A stretch of DNA of 56,154 bases, filler included, from Squatina squatina (GCA_031763465.1; 3 parts of 3 records of this genome joined end to end with filler, not necessarily neighbours in it), one strand, 5' to 3'; shown: positions 35,411-48,408, counted from the first letter of the whole stretch. Notes: generated by a model not told the origin, from the letters alone. Made by a program: numbers and translations.

Positions 35411-36282
35411 CTAGAAAAGATAACATGTACACAATTAAGGTCAGAAAATACTCTGATCTCTGAAGATCTAAAATTATATGAACTCTAATTTGTCGATTCC
35501 TAACGTAAGTTAATGAAAATTCTGAAATAGACTAAGATTCTAAGTAGAATCAAAATAATATTTAATTCAAAATCTCCAGGTATTTGCTAACATTCTGTAA
35601 ATAAAAAAATCATATTGCATTTTAAGTTGTCGCCACTCTACTGGCCAGCACTATTCCTTATTCTAAAATGTCCCATTTTGTTGAATAGAACATGAAGCAG
35701 TAAACAGACAGTGCACATACTCAAGGTCAGCAGAGCAGGTGGCATACTTCACCGAATAGAGTTAGAGGAATTTCTGGCCTTTGACAGAGACCAAACTCCC
35801 ATCGTAAAACTACTAAATGGGTAACTATAACAGAACTAAGTATTTGATGTGATTATGTGATGGAGGGGACAGAAAGGATAGAAAAGCCATATTATGGGGA
35901 AGTGAAGTGGGAAATCAGGGAAAGAAAAAGCAAGAGAGTGTGGGAGAAAAATAAGCATCACTCGAATAATATCACTGAAATTACAGAAAAGCTTAAAATG
36001 TGAGGAACAGATAAAAGGTGTTACAACAAATACTAGAGTGGAAAAGCTTTTGAAAATTGAATGAAACAAAATCTCTAGTTTCTCTCCNNNNNNNNNNNNN
36101 NNNNNNNNNNNNNNNNNNNNNNNNNNNNNNNNNNNNNNNNNNNNNNNNNNNNNNNNNNNNNNNNNNNNNNNNNNNNNNNNNNNNNNNAGGCATACCAACA
36201 TCCAAATTCTCTTATGCAGTGTCTGCACAATTCTAGATGAACCTTCAAATACAATGTGGTCAAGGCTCCTTTAAATATCCTG

Positions 36283-36972
36283 GCTGGAAATATGTCAATG
36301 ATAACGTCATCAGACCCGCACCATTTAATAGGGCCGGGTAATGCGTTGGCCTGCCTTAATAGGCCACATTAGGGAAAGTCGTTCTGAGGAGCGACATGAA
36401 ATGAGGAACTGGGTCGCGACCCGCCGCGCCGACCACCTGCACCCGACCTGTCCAAAATTCCGGCCTTCCTCATTTGCACTCTAATATCGCTGTTAAAAAC
36501 CAATAAAAAGTTAAGCCTTGTTGCAAAAGATGTAACTGGGGTTTTAATGGTATATTGTCTGCTGGACAAATTCTGGCCCTGAAAAACTAATTTTATGTTC
36601 TTGGACTGTCAAATTTCCGCATTATGATAAAAATGACTAGATTTTTAAAGTAATAATTTTTAAAAAACATTTGTTTATGATCTGTCAGCTTCTGCCTTAA
36701 CCCATGTGTATGTCCCACAAGTATTGATAAAAGCTGTTTTTTATTTCCTGGTTTGTTGTCTGTGAAAATCTTTTAGTATGATTGGCTGCTTAAACAGCTT
36801 GATTACATCACTGCTGCTGTATGCTGGAGATCCCCATTAACAGTGCAAAAATCAAATTAATGTTGACAAAGCTAAAGTTTTCGCCCCAGAGATCGCAAGA
36901 TCTTTGTCGGCAGCTTTCGTCTAGGTCAGCGATGATTGTTGTCATATCGCTGCTGACCACAAATTCTGGGGC
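36283..36972. repeat. Probable non-autonomous DNA element(s), possibly nested
   Basis: Terminus-like AAATTCTGGCCC (36568-36579) and AAATTCTGGGGC (36961-36972), the latter preceded by a GTCAGC...GCTGAC hairpin; CpG-rich 36310-36470. Confidence 0.45.
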
Positions 36973-38519
36973 AGTATTTGTTCGTTTTTTTTGCCTTTTG
37001 GTTATGTCTTCCTTTTTGTTTCATTTCCCTTGGCTCCTTGTCAGTAGAAGGAAAATGGTGCTAGACAATAGTGACATGATTTATGTTCAGCACTTTGAAT
37101 ATCAACAAGTTCAGTCAAATGTGAGTAATTATGAGGAAATAATTCTTCAACATAAAGTTGTTGTAAAATTAAGTCATAAAAGTGGCTTGGTGCCCAGACC
37201 AATTTTCTTGAAATGTCAATGACCAAATTGACTCTATATTCTCCGAGTGCCGAGACCTTAGAAAAACAAGTGTAAAATGCTATCTAAGGGAAACAATGGT
37301 TCCCAGTTATCAGCAACTCAAGGTGCAAGATCTGTTAAACTCCTAATTTGTTTAGAAATAACAATAACCTGTAATCTAAAAGGACTTTCTGTAACATAAA
37401 TCAAGCCCAGGTTGTTCAACTTTACAGGAAGAGATATGATCTCCATGGATGAACCACAATTTGCATCATTCACTTACAGTAGTGCATCATGAAAGTCTTT
37501 CATGAAAGTAGGGTGAAAGTCTTTCATCCAAGAGTTCTGTTGCTTACCAAATAGGTTTAAAAAATCCATTCTGCAAAGGATATTTTAACTACTTATGGCC
37601 AAATCCAATTGTGTTTTTAATTATTGTGCTGATTCAGGACCTCACTGTACTATTTGGCATCTGTCTTTTAATTAACATGTAAATAAATCTGATAATTAGT
37701 CTTAGCCTACATATAATGGCCTGTTTACTCATTTCAAGAGAAAAATAGTGATAGGCATCCCACGTGATCTCCAATACATTATACTATAATTAAGGGCAAC
37801 TGTTGATTCTGGGCACAATTCCCATACATCCAGATTCTGGATCACAGGAGACATAGGTTAGCTTTGGAAATCACCCTTTTACTCTGAATATAAGTGTTGG
37901 TGGAAAGCCTGAAACTGCAGCAGTAACCTATTATGAACCTTCTACAAATACTCTCGAACTGCCACCCTATCGGCAACCTGTCTTTTCTCTCCAAGATTCT
38001 TCAATGTGCTGTCGTCTCTCAGCTTCATTCTACTTCTGGTACAACACCTGTTCTAATTCTTTAGTCTGGTTTCCATGTTGCTCACAGTCGAAGTCACCAA
38101 CAATATCCTCCATGACTATGATAAACTATTATTCTTCCTTGTTCTCCAACATCGCTGCATCATTCAACAATACTGTCTCCTCCACCACCTCTCCTTCGTG
38201 GTCCAGTTCTAGGGTACTGCCCTTGTGAGGTTCCACTTTTACCTGTCCCAATGCAGCACCAACGGATACAGATTATATAAATAAATAAATATTATGCTGC
38301 CCCTTAGTGACACTATCCACAGATACAGGTTCATCTTTCTTAAATATCCAGATGATACTCCATCGACCCCAGGCCCACCTTTATGTTCTCAGACTGTCCG
38401 TCTAACATTAGTTGTGGATAAGCCAGAATTTTCTTTCAATACACATCGGGAAGATGAAACCTTAATAAACCTCAAGAGTGCTGTTCAATCCTGAGCTAGG
38501 CTTCACACCCATCACCAAG

Positions 38520-38670
38520 ATTGTTACTTGCAATCATGGTAATATTGCCCATCACTGTTCCTGCCTCATTCCAACCATAACTGAAACTCTTATCCCATGC
38601 CTTCACTACTTTCAGACTCAAGTTCTCCAATGCCTTTTTTGACAGCCTTCTGACCTTCAACTCATTCAGT
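38520..38670 (+). mobile_element. Degraded L2-type LINE RT C-terminal fragment
   Basis: With one frameshift reads ETLI/HAFTTFRLKFSNAF, like the L2 motif ETLIHAFVTSRLDYSNAL. Confidence 0.55.
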
Positions 38671-38795
38671 AAGCATTCAAACTACTAGGATGCTGGGTCC
38701 ACAGTGGAAATGCAAGTAAATTCTGGTTGTGTGAATTACAAATTATTGCACAGTACTCAGAATTAAATGGAGCAGCTTGCTGTCCAGCTTCTTAC

Positions 38796-38970
38796 CCTGT
38801 GCAATTTCCAGCTGCCGTTTGGCATCCCCTAATGCAGAGAAGAGATCCAACTTGATCCGGGTCTCAGCACTCAGGCTATTCTCTAAGTGCTGTGTTTTAT
38901 CCTGCATGGCTGAAAGTGCCGACATCAATACCTCTGTGTCTTTTTCATTCTCTTTATATTTACGCAGTTC
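38796..38970 (-). CDS. MACO1: Macoilin penultimate exon (coiled coil)
   Basis: ELRKYKENEKDTEVLMSALSAMQDKTQHLENSLSAETRIKLDLFSALGDAKRQLEIAQ; AG acceptor, GTAAG donor. Confidence 0.96.
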
Positions 38971-39410
38971 CTTCAAAAAGAAAAAAAAGTGAACAATTGC
39001 TATGAACAAAATATAAAATCACACTTTAAACCCAACATGCTCCATAGACAAAGTTTTTCTTTTCACTCTAGTGTATAATTTGGTTAAGTGGGACTTTGTA
39101 CAATTTGCTTCCCTCCTCCCCTGAAGCTGGCAAACAATACTGGTTATATATAGTTGCACAGACACTGGCAGCCCTCTGGTACTTTGACCATGAGGCCATT
39201 CTTCACAGGTTTAGACGGTGAGTATTAGCAGGTTAATATCATTGTGGAAGCATCATAGTATTTTTGGGAGAAGGTTGAGGGGAAGTAGTGAAAAAAAGTT
39301 AATTTTACACNNNNNNNNNNNNNNNNNNNNNNNNNNNNNNNNNNNNNNNNNNNNNNNNNNNNNNNNNNNNNNNNNNNNNNNNNNNNNNNNNNNNNNNNNN
39401 NNNNNNNNNN

Positions 39411-39607
39411 TTTTGAGTCTACTGGCTGTAAAATATTATTGTTAATCCCAAGGTTGGGTTTTTTGGCTTCTTTGTCCTTCTCTTTCCCTTTTTCTTTGTA
39501 TTCGAGTTCTGGTAAAGCTGTTGTCAATTTTCTACCTGCTGGAATTCCTCCATTGTGTTGAGGAAGCTGTGTAGAATCCATATCTGTGATCCCTTTGGCT
39601 GTAGCAG
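39411..39607 (-). CDS. MACO1: Macoilin internal exon, truncated by gap
   Basis: ATAKGITDMDSTQLPQHNGGIPAGRKLTTALPELEYKEKGKEKDKEAKKPNLGINNNILQPVDSK; CAG acceptor 39610-39608. Confidence 0.92.
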
Positions 39608-40061
39608 CTGAGAGAGAATAGAAAGATAGTTAGTCTACAAAAAGAAAAGCAGGCTTATACAAGACCTGAACTATCAGTCCAATATGTGAAACATTACACA
39701 CTTTCCACTTTACGTACTAACTTAAGAGAGAACCTTAAAATGCTTTAAATGGTATGTACAAAACAAAATACAGACAGGACCACAACAGGCATTAACAAAC
39801 ATGCCTTTATATGTTAAAAGAATTTTCTTTTTGCCATTCCAGCTAATAGTGTTTTAAAAACTCAGAATAAATGCAAATTACTGCACTTAAAAGGATGTTC
39901 AATAAGAGGTGCTTAGCTGACACTTGAACAAGGTCATCTTGTTGGGCCCGAGGAGGAGTTTTACCTTGCAGTTCACCCACAATGTACTTAACTTGAAGTC
40001 AAAAAAATGCTCCATTCCCACGCCTCAACATCCCTCATTTTGCTGATCAGTACTCTTTACC

Positions 40062-40218
40062 AGCCTCGGTTTAACATCTCATCTGAATGACCGCGTCTGC
40101 GGAAGTGCAGCACTCCCACAGAACTACATTGAAGTGTCAGCCTAAGTTAGATGCTTAAGTCTGTGCAGTGGGGCTTGAACAACCTTCTGACTCAGAGGCA
40201 AGAGTGCCACGATTAAGC
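40062..40218 (-). mobile_element. tRNA-derived Deu-domain SINE 5' half (SacSINE1-like)
   Basis: Minus strand: GCACTCTTGCCTCTGAGTCAGAAGGTTG...GGGAGTGCTGCAC...GATGAGATGTTAAACCGAGGC. Confidence 0.78.
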
Positions 40219-40244
40219 TCAGGATGACACTTATAAAACCATCT

Positions 40245-40372
40245 AAGAACATAGGAACAGGAGTAGGCCATTCAGCCCCATGAGCGTGATCAATTAGATG
40301 GTATGTTGCCTCCCTGGTGCAAGGGTCAAGGATGTCTCGGAGCGGCTGCAGGGCATTCTGGAGGGGGAGGGT
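40245..40372. mobile_element. CR1 3' tail (-) abutting a CR1 ORF1 esterase fragment (+)
   Basis: AAGAACATAGGAACAGGAGTAGGCCATTCAGCCC is a reversed CR1 tail; 40298-40372 reads MVCCLPGARVKDVSERLQGILEGEG (SGNH esterase-like CR1 ORF1). Confidence 0.8.
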
Positions 40373-40472
40373 NNNNNNNNNNNNNNNNNNNNNNNNNNNN
40401 NNNNNNNNNNNNNNNNTTAATTAATTAANNNNNNNNNNNNNNNNNNNNNNNNNNNNNNNNNNNNNNNNNNNN
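40373..40472. other. Artificial scaffold-joining linker N44-TTAATTAATTAA-N44
   Basis: 12-mer at 40417-40428, same as the first linker. Confidence 0.95.
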
Positions 40473-42609
40473 TCATGGCTTTTGACATCTAAATAGCTCA
40501 ATTGAATTATTACTTGGCTGCTCCAGAAGCTGGTGCAAAAACTTCCTAATGCAGTGACACTGGTCCTTGAGTGGGAGCAGCTCTTTTCTGCATGAAATAT
40601 CCATAGTCATCTATTCAAACTGGAAAACATTGTAGAAAATAGAAAGAATGAACTGGCCCTTCAGCAGATGTTCTCTTCAAATGAACCTTGCCTTTAATTG
40701 GGTGCTCGTTAAGAGACTTTTACTGTAAACACCAGCAGAGAACAGTGGATGCAAGTTGGAGAGGTTGTGGTACCTTCCTCTGCATCTGTTCATTCTTACA
40801 TTGACCCCTGGCTCCTGTCCTATCTCATCTTGTTCCCCTAACTGGTAACTAATGTCCCATCATGGCCTGCTCGCCCACTAGCTCCTTTATTCTACTAACT
40901 GATTAAATAATGCTTGGCACTTATCAGATGGAGTCCATGTGAATAAAGCCCACCTCCTAAGTTTACAACAGACTCTGAAGGCGTTGTTAGCAGACTGCCG
41001 AAAAGTGGCTGGTCTAGTCCTAACACTGTGTGAAAAATGAGGCCAACTTCAAATACAATGAAGGAATTAGCAATGCTTATGCTGTATTTCAGGTATGCTA
41101 AACTGCAAATTAAGAAGAATTTACATAATAATTTACATAATCTCTATCAATCTCAACCATGTGGATTATGGGAGGTTCTGAGAGGAAGAGCAGGTGTTCA
41201 ACTGAGCATCGGTACTTCATGCNNNNNNNNNNNNNNNNNNNNNNNNNNNNNNNNNNNNNNNNNNNNNNNNNNNNNNNNNNNNNNNNNNNNNNNNNNNNNN
41301 NNNNNNNNNNNNNNNNNNNNNNTCCCAGGGTCACCCTTGGTAGGGATTGACTGGAATATAACTATGCACAATGGGCAGTTGGCACCATGACATCAGGGCA
41401 CTGCAGTTAAGCTGCCCAATTGCCTTCAAGACCTGATTTTCCATTAGGCTCAGTTCTTTATTAGTTTCAGAGGAAATGAGCTCCCCTTCAAAATGATATG
41501 ACTGCACATCTCCAAGGTCTTGAATCCTTCTGCTGCATAGCACCAAAAGACTCAACACAAGGCCATAATGTAATTACATTATTAACACAAGAGGGGTTGC
41601 TCTGGTGAGGAGCCACACTTATTGAGAGTGTGATTTTGTAAAATTACCCCGAGCAATCATAGTTTTCTTTAAAGAAAACTTTCAAAGTTAGTAATTACAC
41701 ATTTTTATTTGCTGCTCCACATTCTCTTTCAGCTCTTCATATTGGCCATGCAGTATTTAGGTTTTAAAATCAAAGAATAGAGGGTGTCAGAGCAATCTGT
41801 AAAGCTAACACAGGAAAATGTGTGGATGAGTAACAAAATCTTATAAATAGGTTTACAGCCACATATCTTACTAAGGAAATCTTCCCATACTGATTCCATC
41901 CATACCTCAATTAACATTACAAAGATGAATACAGGAGGCAATTCCTAAAATTCATAATTTATATGAGATTTTACAGCTACCTATATGCAACCTCTGTTTT
42001 TTTTCCTAGACGTACTTACTCCTTCTGCTTAAGTGCGACGCCAATCTCCTTCCCCACCCATTTTATCTGACATACATCTCCTGCTCAGGAGTATCCAGAG
42101 AGCTCGATCACCCACAAAGCTGGATTACCCACACAGTGCAGTTGCATAGCTGAAGAATGCTACGGAGGCTTCATGCTACTTTGTAGCATCTGTTAGTAAG
42201 GCTTCCTTCTACGCAATCATTTTTCATCTCTGTTATCCATTTTTTAACTTCCATCATTACCTGAACTTTCTCATGCCCTCCACGATGGCCTCCCTCAACT
42301 AATTTGGTTCATTCTGCTGTTCCTCCAATATTAACTGTGCCTGTCTTATTGTGTCTCTCCAGAATGTCACCTTGTACATTTCGATTACCCACATCTTTAT
42401 GCAGGCCAAATATTCTCTCTGAAAGACAATCCCAGCATGGATGAAGTCAGCAGTGATGGTAAAATGCAGATGTCCCATCTCTGCAGCTAAGCAGATGTTG
42501 AATTATAGTTTGCCCTGGTTCCACAAGATGACGATTACTATCAGAAAGCAACGTCTATACCACTGTTGTTCTAACTAAAATAACTAATGTCTATTTTTAA
42601 AATAAGTGC

Positions 42610-42850
42610 CTCCTCCAATGGCTCAGGGAGTTTATCCAGTGAGTTATTGAGCCATACAGCCCAGGAAGGTGTTAGATTTCATCCTTGGTCTGGGCTGACT
42701 TAACTGATGTAATGATGCTGGCAGAAGTGAAAATGCCCTCAGTTCCTCTGGGTTTGGGAAAAAATCAATGAGGGTTCCCACTCCTGATTCAGTGATTCCT
42801 GTTGGAGGTGTATTGGGTGAGGATTGGGAGAGGACAGGATCAGACTCCTC
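42610..42850 (+). mobile_element. Degraded tRNA-related SINE
   Basis: TGGCTCAG A-box-like start, GAGCCATACAGCCCAGGAAGG, degenerate B-box, GAGGACAGGATC; recalled as an elasmobranch SINE. Confidence 0.5.
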
Positions 42851-43494
42851 CAGGATAGCAAAAGCTGCTTGAGATAGGAGGAATGAGAGGGGAACCTAAA
42901 GAAAGCAAAAATAAATAAGAAATAAGTGAAAGATATGAATAAAATGCTCCTCCACCATGATTTCAGAAGAGCGAAGCACACCCACTCTGATGCTCTGCAC
43001 CATGTTGCTGGATCAGCATCAATGCCAAGAATGAGGGAACTTTTTAATGGATAAGTCCATTGGGAACTGGATTGAAACGATACAAGCCTGCTCCTTTCAG
43101 ATCCTCTACAGCTGAGAGAGACCTTAACTAATCTGTCTGAGCTGGATCTGAATGGAGGGGGCAGGAAAATTTAACACTTAGTACCACCCTATTACCTCAT
43201 TTTATTTTGCTTTCTTTATCCTTGTCTGTATTCACAGTTTGCAGGAAGGCTTTGAATCTTGCCTTAGTGCACATGTCGACCATTCAAAGAGTATAATAGA
43301 GATAGAACTTTGCAGCTCAAGCTTTAGTTATTAGTTCCCTGAACAAACAATCTTCCTGTTGGTCATCATATTAGTGAATGTTCGACACAGAGGAATATAG
43401 GTTTATAGGGATTGCATGTTAACCTCAAAATGTAAGGTGATTGTCACCATTCCAAAATGAGTAGAGATAGAAAACCTGGAAAGACATGCAGAAT

Positions 43495-43964
43495 GAGTGG
43501 TAAAAAGGAAATAGAATCACTGAAGAAAGTGCAAAAAAAAGATTTAGAAGGATGTCTCAAAACTGAGCGATTACAACTATAGAGAAAGATTGAACAGGTT
43601 ATGGCTTTTTTCTTTAGAAAAGAGAAGACTTCAAGGAGACCTGATAGAGGTCTTTAAATTTATGAATGAGTTGGACAGGGTAGAGGTCTTTAAATTTATG
43701 AATGGGTGGACAGGGTAGATGTGGAATGTTTCCACTTATGAGAGAATCCAAAACTAGGGGCCATAAATACAAGATAGTTACGAGTAAATCCAATAGAGAA
43801 TAAAGGAGAAACTTCTTTATTCAGAGTGGTGAAAATGTGGAACTCGCTACCACAGGAAGTGGTTGAGGCAAATAGCTTAGATACTTTCAAAAGACAAGTA
43901 TATGAGGGAAAAGGAAATAGAAAGATATGCTGAAAGACTGAGATGAGATAGATGGAAAGGGAGG
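43495..43964 (+). mobile_element. CR1-group LINE ORF2 C-terminal fragment
   Basis: YRERLNRLWLFSLEKRRLQGDLIEVFKFM...TRGHKYKIV...VVKMWNSLPQEVVEANSLDTFK; internal 36-nt duplication. Confidence 0.85.
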
Positions 43965-44327
43965 NNNNNNNNNNNNNNNNNNNNNNNNNNNNNNNNNNNN
44001 NNNNNNNNNNNNNNNNNNNNNNNNNNNNNNNNNNNNNNNNNNNNNNNNNNNNNNNNNNNNNNNNGAATCAATGATTCTACTCACTTGTTTAAATTATGCC
44101 TTGTTCCCATATGCTCCCGCCCCTTCTGCACCATGGGTTAAGAGAGATCAAGGAAATGATCTGCTCCCAAGCCTTTGTTAATCTATAAACCTTTTGCTAG
44201 GTGAGACAGTGGCCAGGGTAATTCAGTCTTGGATTTCCTTAAACCTGGGCATGGTGTTCTCTGGGAAAACCTTTCCAAACAGAAATATGGGAAAGCTGTA
44301 TCAGGTTTGTATATAGGGTTTGCATCA

Positions 44328-45005
44328 TTTTATCTGTTCTTGGGACGTGGGTGAGACTAGCAAGGCCACATCTATTGCCCAACCCGAGTTGCTCTCAAAG
44401 GTGGTGGGGGGCCTTCTTCTTCAATTGCTGCAGTCCATGCGGTGATAGTGCTCTCACTTGATGTTATGTGGGGAATTCCAGGATTTTGACCAATTGATGC
44501 TAAAGGAATGGCTGTGCATGCCCAATTTACAATGATGCGTGACTTAGAGGGAAACTTGGACTTGATGGTGTTTTCATTACGATGCCGTTCTTGTCCTCCT
44601 TGGAGGTAAAGGTCGCAGGGCTGGGAGATTGAAGTAATCTTGGTGAGCTCCTGTAGTGTATTCTATAGACAGTGAGTACTGCAGCTTCAGTGTGTGGAAA
44701 GTGAATACTGAGTTCAGAGGTAGAGGCACCAATCAAGTCAACTTGCTTTATGCTGAATTGTGTTGAGCTTCTTAAGTGTTGCAGTTGCACCCATCCAGGT
44801 AAGTGATGAGTATTTCATCACACTCCTGTCTTGAGCCTTGCAGGTGTTTGAAAGCATAAAAGGTCAGGAAGTGAGCCACTCATCCCTAAGTACCCAGAAT
44901 CTGTCCTGCAATGATAGCCACACTCTTGATATAACTGATGGTGACCCTCCTCCTCCCCCCTCCAAGAACCTGATGGTAGGGAATTTGATGATGTTGGGTG
45001 CTGTT
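44328..45005 (-). mobile_element. LINE 3' end (RT C-terminus and tail), partner family of the 53163 element
   Basis: Minus strand reads KAQDRSVMKYSSLTWMGATATLKKLNTIQHKA; tail GGGCAATAGATGTGGCCTTGCTAGTCTCACCCACGTCCCAAGAAC matches 53690-53738. Confidence 0.8.
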
Positions 45006-45009
45006 AAAT

Positions 45010-45174
45010 GTTAGTGTGCAATGTGGGAAGTCAGGGACACTTCCATTATCCGTGACGACCATGTGTGCAGGACAGGTATCCAGCTGCAGCTACTGGCTAA
45101 CCGCATTATGGAGCTAGAGCTGCGGATGGATTCACTGTGGAACATCTGCGATGCTGAGATGCATGTGAACAACA
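45010..45174 (+). mobile_element. CR1 ORF1 N-terminal Zn-finger/leucine-zipper fragment
   Basis: CAMWEVRDTSIIRDDHVCRTGIQLQLLANRIMELELRMDSLW. Confidence 0.75.
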
Positions 45175-46907
45175 NNNNNNNNNNNNNNNNNNNNNNNNNN
45201 NNNNNNNNNNNNNNNNNNNNNNNNNNNNNNNNNNNNNNNNNNNNNNNNNNNNNNNNNNNNNNNNNNNNNNNNNNAGAAGTGACGGGCAGAAATGAATGAC
45301 AAGGAAATCCAAGGTGCAAGCAGGAGTCTCCTGGCATGCGATGGAGTGACCCAGCACCCTGTTTAATGGCTGCTAAAGTGGAATGGTGCTGCATGAAGTG
45401 TTACAGTGAATTTTTCCCTCTGTGCCACTGTATGGCATCATCCCTATAAGTCTGCACTGCAGCATTCCTGGAAGGAGGTAGCGGCAGGGTTTTATTGCCC
45501 AAGCTGACCAGTATTGTGACTGGCAGTTAGGTTCTTATGAGCTTCTGTGCCAATTATTTTAATTTTATTTGCCCCTAGCACTGATACCAATAGGTCTGCC
45601 TATCGAAATTCCCCTATTTAAAGTGCTTGGAAGAGAAAGATCACTGAANNNNNNNNNNAAGGGATACCAGGCAGGTTAGACTGCACGAGAAGTACTCCGC
45701 ACCTACCCACTGGCATTTAGAACCTGCATCTTCAGCCAGAGTTGACCAACAGCAACAACAACTTGCATTATTATAATGCCTTTAATGTAGAGAAACATTC
45801 CAAGCTGCCTCACGGAGATTTAAAGGGGCTATGTTGCCCTCATGCATGTATGGGTGTCACCATTTGCTGACAGAAATCTGCAGTTCTACTGCTTTCAACA
45901 ATTAATGGTAAAAGCCACCCCAGGGTGCCCCTGAATTTACTTGTGTGTACATGTGGAGTTGTGCTGGTGGGTTTGCCATTTGCTGTTGGATAAGGGAATT
46001 AAAATNNNNNNNNNNNNNNNNNNNNNNNNNNNNNNNNNNNNNNNNNNNNNNNNNNNNNNNNNNNNNNNNNNNNNNNNNNNNNNNNNNNNNNNNNNNNNNN
46101 NNNNNCCCTTCTATTCAACTAAGGCCTCCTGCTGACACCATTGGGCGGGCGGGCGGGTGAAGTTGTCTCCCTGGCCACTGCCTGCCTGAAGTATACCAGA
46201 TATGAAATCGACCCGCTGTGCACTGTAAACAGTACAGAGAGCAAACATTATTGGGCTTTATGTTTCTCACAGGGTTTGCGAGAAAAGTTCACCTGTGATT
46301 GATTGGAATTAAAAAAAATCATTTATTGCTAAACTCATTGAGTAAATAAGTATTTGTTACTACTGATGTTTATCTTCTGACGAACTATTGTGCAGTGAAT
46401 GCGTTCAATGCCAATTGCCCTTTAGATTTGTTGAAGTATGAGTTAGCCCTCAGTTCATTTTTGGTAGAGCTAAGAGTTTAGGGTTGGAGGCTGATTGATA
46501 GAATAAGTTGGTAGAAATTTAATCAGCAAGCCCATGAAAGCTGAACAAAATCCAACTTAACTCAACCCAGGCATAAATGTTACTGCCTGCTCAGGCTCCT
46601 CAATAGCATTAAACAAATTTGACTCCATAGCAACCGGTTCTGTTCCAATATTTCAACACTGTCTAAAAGTAAATAACCTCAATTGATTAAACCCGGACTT
46701 CTGATGATTCGCTAATTGGTGGTTGGGGTGGATTTTCATCCTTGCACCTTGCTGACCTTTGTTTTAATTTACAACAACTTTGGAGTAACAATAGTCAAAT
46801 AGATTTGCCTACAGATGTTCTGGAATCAGCCAATGAGGGTAATTTCCTCAGCCTATATACCCATATTCATAAGTGGTAAAGTTATTTTTCTTCTTTATTT
46901 CTTACAG

Positions 46908-47014
46908 AAGTGACAAAGACACATCATCTCTTTACTCCACTCTTGACCCTGTTTGCAGCAGCTGCAGGTGTACTGTGTGTTATTTTAGTAATTCTGTTTT
47001 ACAAATATCAACAG
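46908..47014 (+). CDS. KIT: KIT receptor tyrosine kinase, transmembrane exon (exon 10 equivalent)
   Basis: VTKTHHLFTPLLTLFAAAAGVLCVILVILFYKYQQ; 107 nt, CAG/GTAAAG. Confidence 0.9.
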
Positions 47015-47111
47015 GTAAAGTGCAGCAAAGTCTAAGATTTCTAATTCTTTACACACTGAGTTGCTTCATATTTATGAAAATGAACATTAATATGATCACG
47101 ATTGTTTTTAG

Positions 47112-47238
47112 AAACCCAGGTACCAAATTCAGTGGAAAGTAGTTGAAGGAATACATGGGAATAACTACACCTACATCGACCCAACACAGTTACCATATGA
47201 TGATAAATGGGAATTCCCCAGGGATAAGCTGCGTTTTG
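47112..47238 (+). CDS. KIT: KIT juxtamembrane exon (exon 11 equivalent)
   Basis: [42 protein letters not shown]; 127 nt, AG/GT. Confidence 0.94.
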
Positions 47239-47531
47239 GTTGGTTGATATTATGGAGTAAATTCAGAGATGATCTGAAGATTATGATTCTGCGTCCCCTG
47301 GCTCCAATAATGGATTGATTTAAATACGTTCATTGGCTTCACCGAATTAAAAGAAAGAATAGGAATTTTAACTTTGGAAAATTGTGGAAAGGAGGCCCTA
47401 CGGAATTGAACTTCCATCTTGCGTCCCGCNNNNNNNNNNNNNNNNNNNNNNNNNNNNNNNNNNNNNNNNNNNNNNNNNNNNNNNNNNNNNNNNNNNNNNN
47501 NNNNNNNNNNNNNNNNNNNNNNNNNNNNNTG

Positions 47532-47714
<183 letters not shown>

Positions 47715-47749
47715 TGAGTCACAACCAACAAGATCTCTGGTACATACAG

Positions 47750-48408
47750 CACTAGACCATCAGAAAATCAGACACATATCCACAGTGGACTATCAGGGTC
47801 ACAGAAACATTTCCAGACTGGACCATCAGAAAATCTGACACATATCCACACTGGACCATCAGAAAAATAGACACATATCCACACTGGACCATCAGAAAAT
47901 CAGACACATATCCACTCCAGACGATCAGAAAATCAGACACATTTCCATTCGAGACTATCAGAAAATCAGACACATATCCACACTGGACCATCAGAAAATC
48001 AGACACATATCCACTCCAGACTATCAGAAAATCAGACACATTTCCATTCTGGACTATCAGAAAATCAGACATATCCACACTGGACTATAAGAAAATCAGA
48101 CACATATCCACTCTAGATTAACAGAAAATCAGACACATATCTACAATGGACCATCAGAAAATCAGACACATATCCACANNNNNNNNNNNNNNNNNNNNNN
48201 NNNNNNNNNNNNNNNNNNNNNNNNNNNNNNNNNNNNNNNNNNNNNNNNNNNNNNNNNNNNNNNNNNNNNNNNNNNNNNCTGCACTATCAGGAACTCAGAC
48301 ACATATCCACACTGGACCATCATGGACTCAGACACATATCCACACTGAACTCTCAGAAAATCAGACACATATCCACACTGGTTCACCAGGGACTCAGACA
48401 CATATCAC
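47750..48408. repeat. 33-bp minisatellite in a KIT intron, spanning a gap
   Basis: Consensus CTGGACCATCAGAAAATCAGACACATATCCACA; about 13 units before the gap at 48179-48278 and about 4 after. Confidence 0.95.

Noticed and set aside
42160-42425. Possible minus-strand exon with AG/GT ends
   Set aside because: Stop codons in all three frames
47752-48401. Repetitive ORFs (VQCGYVSDFLM)n
   Set aside because: By-product of a 33-bp (multiple of 3) minisatellite antisense within a KIT intron; no splice or homology support
47750-48408. CRISPR-like array
   Set aside because: Units are head-to-tail with no unique spacers; vertebrate context and no cas genes
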